Shown here in pieces: positions 30,905 to 35,210 of a DNA stretch of 35,210 nt. The stretch spans positions 1 through 35,210 of the IMG/VR virus record IMGVR_UViG_3300032285_002026; one strand, 5' to 3'. The notes under the pieces were generated by a model, which saw nothing but the letters and a program-made list of their open reading frames with translations, ran no database searches and was not told the DNA's origin. Positions within the stretch are counted from its first letter, which is position 1, and each line of letters begins with the position of its first letter. The position numbers and the translations under genes are program-made. Origin of the DNA: a virus.

Positions 30905-31948
30905 TTAAGTAGTCGCAAAAATATAGTAATTGGAACCGTCTGACTGCAACGTAACGCTCTTGTATATCGTTGCTAACGAATATGTTAAGTTGCCGTCAAT
31001 CGTTTGCGAGGACGTCGTGCTGACAGTCACCGCATTAGATGAGCTATCAATCTTCTTAATCTTGTATTCTTGACCGACCACCGTAGAGGCTGACGGTAAG
31101 ACAACGCTAAACGGAGCAGCAGGATAATTAACTAAAATGGTCGCATTGTTGTTGTTGACCGCATACGCCGTATTGGTCCATGTAACAACATTGCTTGAAT
31201 TGTTAATCCACGACAAAGCAACGCTAGTCGAGTTTGTCCAAGGGATGCTAGTGCCAGCAGTGACCGTCACAACATTGGTAACTAGGTTGCCGGTACCGCC
31301 TCCGCCACCGCTTACAGACACGTTAGAAGCCGCTGTAATGCGTCCCTGTGCGTCAATCGTAATAGCAGCTACTTGAGTGCCACTACCGTAGCTTCCTGCC
31401 GTTACAGCCGTGTTAGCAAGGTTCACAGTGACGTTAGCTGTCAATGCACCGCCACCAGACAAGCCTGTGCCAGCAATCACATTGACCGTGTTGGGTACAG
31501 CACCAGAAACATTAGCTACAGCGATGTTGATAGCCGCATTAGCAGCCGCAGTTAATTGACCTTGAGCATTGACCGTAAAAGTGCCAACCTGAGTAGCAGA
31601 GCCGTAAGCAGCAGCAGTAACCGTTGTATTGGCTAGTGAGACTGTGCCGGTAGACGTAACAGGACCGCCAGTTAAACCCGTGCCGGTGTTGACCTGAGTA
31701 ACCGTTCCTGTGCCGCCGGTAGTAATGCCAACATTGGACGCTGAAGTAATACGGCCTTGAGCATCAATCGTAATCTGAGGAACCGTTGTAGCGTTACCAT
31801 ACGTTCCCGCAGTAACAGCCGTGTTCGCTAAACTGACGGTACCACTGGTCGTAATCGGGCCACCAGTAAGTCCAGTACCCGTACTAACTTGAGTTACTGT
31901 ACCTGTACCGTTACCTCCACCCCCTCCACCACCAGCTACCTTTAGCAT
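30905..31948 (-). CDS. Tail fibre protein with three ~58-aa internal repeats
   Basis: 347 aa. It has an N-terminal G7 run. GTVTQV.TGTGLTGGP.T..GTVSLANT.VTAG.YG...V...T.DAQGR.T.A occurs three times (aa ~15-210). Confidence 0.7.
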   Translation of the reverse strand: MLKVAGGGGGGGNGTGTVTQVSTGTGLTGGPITTSGTVSLANTAVTAGTYGNATTVPQITIDAQGRITSASNVGITTGGTGTVTQVNTGTGLTGGPVTSTGTVSLANTTVTAAAYGSATQVGTFTVNAQGQLTAAANAAINIAVANVSGAVPNTVNVIAGTGLSGGGALTANVTVNLANTAVTAGSYGSGTQVAAITIDAQGRITAASNVSVSGGGGGTGNLVTNVVTVTAGTSIPWTNSTSVALSWINNSSNVVTWTNTAYAVNNNNATILVNYPAAPFSVVLPSASTVVGQEYKIKKIDSSSNAVTVSTTSSQTIDGNLTYSLATIYKSVTLQSDGSNYYIFATT

Positions 31949-31957
31949 AATTGCTCC

Positions 31958-32287
31958 TTACAGACCGTCGCCCGGCGTGATATAAATTGTTGCGGTTCCA
32001 CTCGATGTGATACCTGTGAAATACGCATTTGGTACAAACGTCAAAATCTCATCCGTGTTCGGCAATATCGGGAACGCTGTTTGTGAGCTAGTCACAACAA
32101 CAGCATTGTTCGTAGCGTCCGATGAAGACATTCCATAGCCCATAAACACTGTTACCGTGCCTGTATTAATGACACGGTACTGGTTGCCACCTAGCGTAGT
32201 AGAGAGGCACTGAACAGGCGTAGGAGCCGCTACGTTAGCCGTAAACGTGATGGTGTTGCCCGTCTTAGTAAAGGCATTAAGTCCCAC
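31958..32287 (-). CDS. Small beta-rich protein, paralog of 22936..23277
   Basis: 109 aa, with the shared C-terminal TIY(V/I)TPG(E/D)GL. Confidence 0.65.
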   Translation of the reverse strand: MGLNAFTKTGNTITFTANVAAPTPVQCLSTTLGGNQYRVINTGTVTVFMGYGMSSSDATNNAVVVTSSQTAFPILPNTDEILTFVPNAYFTGITSSGTATIYITPGDGL

Positions 32288-32639
32288 TGACCACCTCCCA
32301 TGCTTGGTTAGCTTCGTTCCAGCTATACATATTCCCGTCCGTTGGCATAGCTACTGGCGGTTGCCACTTGGCGTCAGCGTCTAACGTCCAGCTTGGGTAT
32401 GGCTTCGGAGGAACAAACGCATCTATGTCAGCTTGGTAGGTATAACCAATGCCAGCGTAGTTCTTACGTAAGTTAGCGTTGTAGCTGGTCTGCTTCCATG
32501 TACCGCCAAACAGACGTTCGCAAAAGGCTGCGCCGATGTACTCTTTCTCTACACCATTAGCATCAGCCGTGTCCTTGTTATCAACAACGATAACGGAAAC
32601 AACTACATTGTTTTCATCAAGCTGTGCAAAGTGTGCCAT
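32277..32639 (-). CDS. Hypothetical fibre-module protein
   Basis: 120 aa. Contains MAHFAQLDENNVVVSVIVV..NYAGIGYTY..DAFVPPKPYPSW. Confidence 0.6.
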   Translation of the reverse strand: MAHFAQLDENNVVVSVIVVDNKDTADANGVEKEYIGAAFCERLFGGTWKQTSYNANLRKNYAGIGYTYQADIDAFVPPKPYPSWTLDADAKWQPPVAMPTDGNMYSWNEANQAWEVVSGT

Positions 32640-32898
32640 CTGCTTCTCCTATTGCTTTATCAAATTCGTCTGACTCAATCTTCATTTTCTCTAAATCTTC
32701 AGGCAACCAAATAGTCGGAATACTGTCTTCAAACTCACGAATCTTATCCATCACCCATTGCACTTCTTCCCACGATGGGCAAGGTCTTGGGTCTTCCCAA
32801 CGTGTAAACATTGTGTTGGATATTTCCCACTTAGCATTAGGACGTAACAATTGCATAGCCACATCAATGCCATACATTCTGTAAAGTTTAGTTTCCAT
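32617..32898 (-). CDS. Hypothetical protein (XkdW-like feel; possible fibre assembly factor)
   Basis: I chose ATG 32898, which has GGGGA 5 nt upstream. The track start 32901 is a TTG. Confidence 0.5.
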   Translation of the reverse strand: METKLYRMYGIDVAMQLLRPNAKWEISNTMFTRWEDPRPCPSWEEVQWVMDKIREFEDSIPTIWLPEDLEKMKIESDEFDKAIGEADGTLCTA

Positions 32899-32907
32899 CA
32901 ATATCCC

Positions 32908-34533
32908 CTATTGATTAATCTTGATAATTACGATTCCTGAACCACCTGCACCACCTGACCCTGTTGTTGGATTTGTGACACCTCCACCTCCGCCACCACC
33001 GCCAGTATTTGTTGTTCCAGACGTAGCTGCTGTACTTGTTACTGAGCCATTTCCTCCACCACCAGCGCCTCCAGTACCAGCCACATTATTAGCTGGTGAA
33101 TTTCCTGCGCCGCCACCTCCACCACCGGCATACGTAACGCTGGAACCAGAAATAGAAGATGCAGTTCCTGCTCCACCAGTTCCACCATTATTAGTTCCGG
33201 GACCGGGACCGGGAGAAGCACCTCCTGACGCGCTTGCGCCACCACCTCCACCACCGGCATCATTACCTCCGCTTCCGGGAGTTCCTGCTCCACCGCTATT
33301 ACCTTGTGACGGAGAAGTGGAAGGAGTATTTCCTGCTCCACCTGTACCGCTACCAGCTCCTGAACCACCTCCGCCAGAACCTCCAGCATTACCGTTTGCA
33401 GTAGCGCCAGCCACGTTATATCCACCGCCACCACCGCCAGCAGACGTTATAGTGCTAAACGTAGAAACAGTTCCATTACCACCTTTAGCGGCAAAATTAC
33501 CAGCGGCTCCACCAGAACCAACAGTAACGGTATATTCTGTTCCTGCGGTTACAGACAACGCTGAACCAGTTCTAAAACCACCAGCACCACCACCACCATA
33601 ACCTGCGCCACCACCACCACCAGCAACTACTAAATAATCAACAGTAGTCACATTTGCTGGAGCTACCCATGTAGCAGTAGATTTAAACGTAAAGATTGTT
33701 TGTGATGGCGCAGAATAAGAAAGAATGACTATGCCGGAGCCGCCAGCAGCACCATTACCAGAATTCCCGCCACCCCCAGCACCGCCTCCAAGATTAGTTG
33801 AACCAACAGAACCAGCCCCGCTAGAAGCGCCATTACCACCGCCTCCTGTTCCTCCTGTGCCAGCAGTTTTTCCTTGACCGCCATTAGCACCACCGCCACC
33901 ACCACCAGCATACGTTACTGAAGAACCAGAAAGTGTTGAAGCAGTTCCTGTACCGCCATTGCCACCACCATTAGTTGTTCCTGCTGAACCTACCGCACCC
34001 GCACCACCACCACCGCCAGCACCGAAAGCATTATTATTTGAAAATGAAGCACCGCCATTGTTTCCTTGTGAAGGGCTTACAGAAGGAGTATTTCCAGACC
34101 CTCCCGCTCTACCGCTCGGGGTGCTTCCTGTGTCGCCACCGCCACCCCCGCCGCTTCCGCCATTACTACCAACTGCGTTAAGCGACCCACCACCGCCGCC
34201 GCCCGTAGAAGTTATTGTTGAAAATAAAGAAGATGTTCCATTTCCACTGGCTGTGGAAGGTAAAGCTGCAGCAGAACCACCAGCACCCACCGTAATAGAA
34301 TAATCAGTACCTGCGGTTACAGACAATCCGGTTCCTGTGCGAAAACCTCCGGCACCGCCAGCACCACCAACGTCTGCGCCGCCTCCACCACCGCCGCCAA
34401 TGACAAGGTAATTAACACTTGTAACGCCCGTAGGTGCAGTCCATGTGCCAGACGCAAGAAAACGCTGAATGACGGTATAGCCACCGCCACCAGCCTTGGC
34501 AAGAGCTTGCATAATTTTTGAGTAAGCAAACAT
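32908..34533 (-). CDS. Glycine-rich tail/receptor-binding-type protein made of two ~260-aa tandem repeats
   Basis: 541 aa. aa ~19-273 and ~279-539 align: (T/W)W.AP..VT.V.YLV..GGGGG, AGGFRTG, GNTPS.SPSQGN.GGA, SGSSVTYAGGGGGGA, AGGSGIVI. Confidence 0.7.
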   Translation of the reverse strand: MFAYSKIMQALAKAGGGGYTVIQRFLASGTWTAPTGVTSVNYLVIGGGGGGGADVGGAGGAGGFRTGTGLSVTAGTDYSITVGAGGSAAALPSTASGNGTSSLFSTITSTGGGGGGSLNAVGSNGGSGGGGGGDTGSTPSGRAGGSGNTPSVSPSQGNNGGASFSNNNAFGAGGGGGAGAVGSAGTTNGGGNGGTGTASTLSGSSVTYAGGGGGGANGGQGKTAGTGGTGGGGNGASSGAGSVGSTNLGGGAGGGGNSGNGAAGGSGIVILSYSAPSQTIFTFKSTATWVAPANVTTVDYLVVAGGGGGAGYGGGGAGGFRTGSALSVTAGTEYTVTVGSGGAAGNFAAKGGNGTVSTFSTITSAGGGGGGYNVAGATANGNAGGSGGGGSGAGSGTGGAGNTPSTSPSQGNSGGAGTPGSGGNDAGGGGGGASASGGASPGPGPGTNNGGTGGAGTASSISGSSVTYAGGGGGGAGNSPANNVAGTGGAGGGGNGSVTSTAATSGTTNTGGGGGGGGVTNPTTGSGGAGGSGIVIIKINQ

Positions 34534-34542
34534 TAGAACCTC

Positions 34543-35061
34543 TTATGCGTAGTTTTGCGCGTAGTTTCCGTACCAGTTAGTACCGTCAGAAATAAAGCTC
34601 AAAATATCTTTATTGCCGGTTGTAGTAATTGTCGGTGCTGTATTAGCAGCCCACTTAACGCCAGTAAACGTAGCATTAGCAGTAGAAGCACCAGTAACAA
34701 TTAAGATGAACGATTTACCGGCGGTTGCTGTTGGCATCGTGAACGTACACGTATTAGCTGCCGTTAATGTCACCGTCTGAACCGTACCGTTACTTAACGA
34801 CAATGTATTGGTCGTTGTAACTGTACCGATAGCAACAACAGACTCGGTGTAGTTTGTGTACGTACCGTTACCTATCGTGACTGCATTAGCAGTGCCGCTA
34901 GTAATAGTGACGTTTGGCATCGTCATATTATTTAACGTAGTAACAGTATTTCCAAGTTGGATACCAGTATTACCGAGCGTGATAGATGTAGCAAAGTTCG
35001 TATCAAGCTGAGATAACGGTATGGATGATGTTGCCGTAGCAAAAGTATATGTAACAGGCAT
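34543..35061 (-). CDS. Thr/Asn-rich tail fibre or tail spike adaptor-like protein
   Basis: 172-aa ORF. Its start lies 1 nt after the nozzle-gene stop. Confidence 0.6.
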   Translation of the reverse strand: MPVTYTFATATSSIPLSQLDTNFATSITLGNTGIQLGNTVTTLNNMTMPNVTITSGTANAVTIGNGTYTNYTESVVAIGTVTTTNTLSLSNGTVQTVTLTAANTCTFTMPTATAGKSFILIVTGASTANATFTGVKWAANTAPTITTTGNKDILSFISDGTNWYGNYAQNYA

Positions 35062-35062
35062 T

Positions 35063-35210
35063 TTAGAACCTCACTCTCAATTCATGTTCGTATTCAAAAC
35101 CGTTGTACACAACGCCAGCATTGGTCGATGTCACGGTCATTCCCAAGTATTTGCCATACTGCTTGGCATCTGTTTTGTACAACGTGTACCCTGTAGAACC
35201 AGTAGTCCAA
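35063..35210 (-). CDS. 3' end of the nozzle-like gene (same gene as 1..1952; 35088..35210 duplicates 1..123)
   Basis: TAA at 35065..35063. The reading frame ..VYNGFEYEHELRVRF* is continuous with 1..1952 across the closure point. Confidence 0.75.
   Translation of the reverse strand, partial: WTTGSTGYTLYKTDAKQYGKYLGMTVTSTNAGVVYNGFEYEHELRVRF
35088..35210. repeat. Terminal direct repeat copy 2
   Basis: Identical to 1..123. Confidence 0.95.

Noticed and set aside
32921-34303. Long plus-strand Pro-rich ORFs (32921..33601, 33959..34303) and extra minus-strand ORFs (33039..33434, 33729..33911, 34317..34529)
   Set aside because: They are frame and antisense shadows of the glycine-rich gene. GGN codons read as NCC (Pro) on the other strand. 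They have no SDs and their composition is purely low-complexity.
1-35210. Temperate lifestyle or prophage features (integrase, repressor, att sites)
   Set aside because: No integrase-, recombinase- or CI/Cro-like ORF is recognisable. The only HTH protein sits in the late packaging module. Lifestyle cannot be called from sequence alone.

Overview
The window is a complete, circularly closed dsDNA phage genome. Bases 1..123 are identical to 35088..35210, so the unique length is 35,087 bp. The layout looks podovirus-like. There are two transcription arms that diverge from an AT-rich control region at about 13.38-13.56 kb.

(1) Rightward early arm, about 13505 to 20996. It holds small ORFs, including two tiny hydrophobic peptides and a Cys-rich early protein. 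It also holds a recombination module (YqaJ/lambda-Exo-like exonuclease, RecT/Redbeta-like annealing protein, a small protein ending in an SSB-like DIPW tip, RusA). It ends with a glycosyltransferase / unknown / Zn-ribbon SAM-methyltransferase cassette.

(2) Leftward late arm of about 27 kb. It runs from 12972 down through the closure point (1/35087) to 20993. In order it encodes a glycosyltransferase, a 2OG-Fe(II) oxygenase, large terminase, portal, scaffold, major capsid, adaptor and nozzle-like tail proteins, fibre and glycine-rich proteins, four large internal-virion-type proteins, and a lysis cassette (TM proteins, holin-like protein, GH24 endolysin).

I found no DNA polymerase, primase, helicase, integrase, repressor, tRNA or CRISPR array.

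The points most worth follow-up are:
- two tandem 13-codon polybasic micro-ORFs with canonical SDs between portal and scaffold;
- a promoter / ~380-nt leader / intrinsic terminator placed ahead of the whole late arm;
- a recurrent TTCCTAAC(C) element 12-17 nt upstream of early start codons;
- a 480-nt non-coding island with a 69-nt branched terminator;
- a 166-nt out-of-frame overlap in the lysis cassette where both frames encode a TM helix;
- sugar-modifying gene cassettes at the distal end of the early arm and the head of the late arm.

All functional calls rest on reading the translated sequences by eye. No database search was run.
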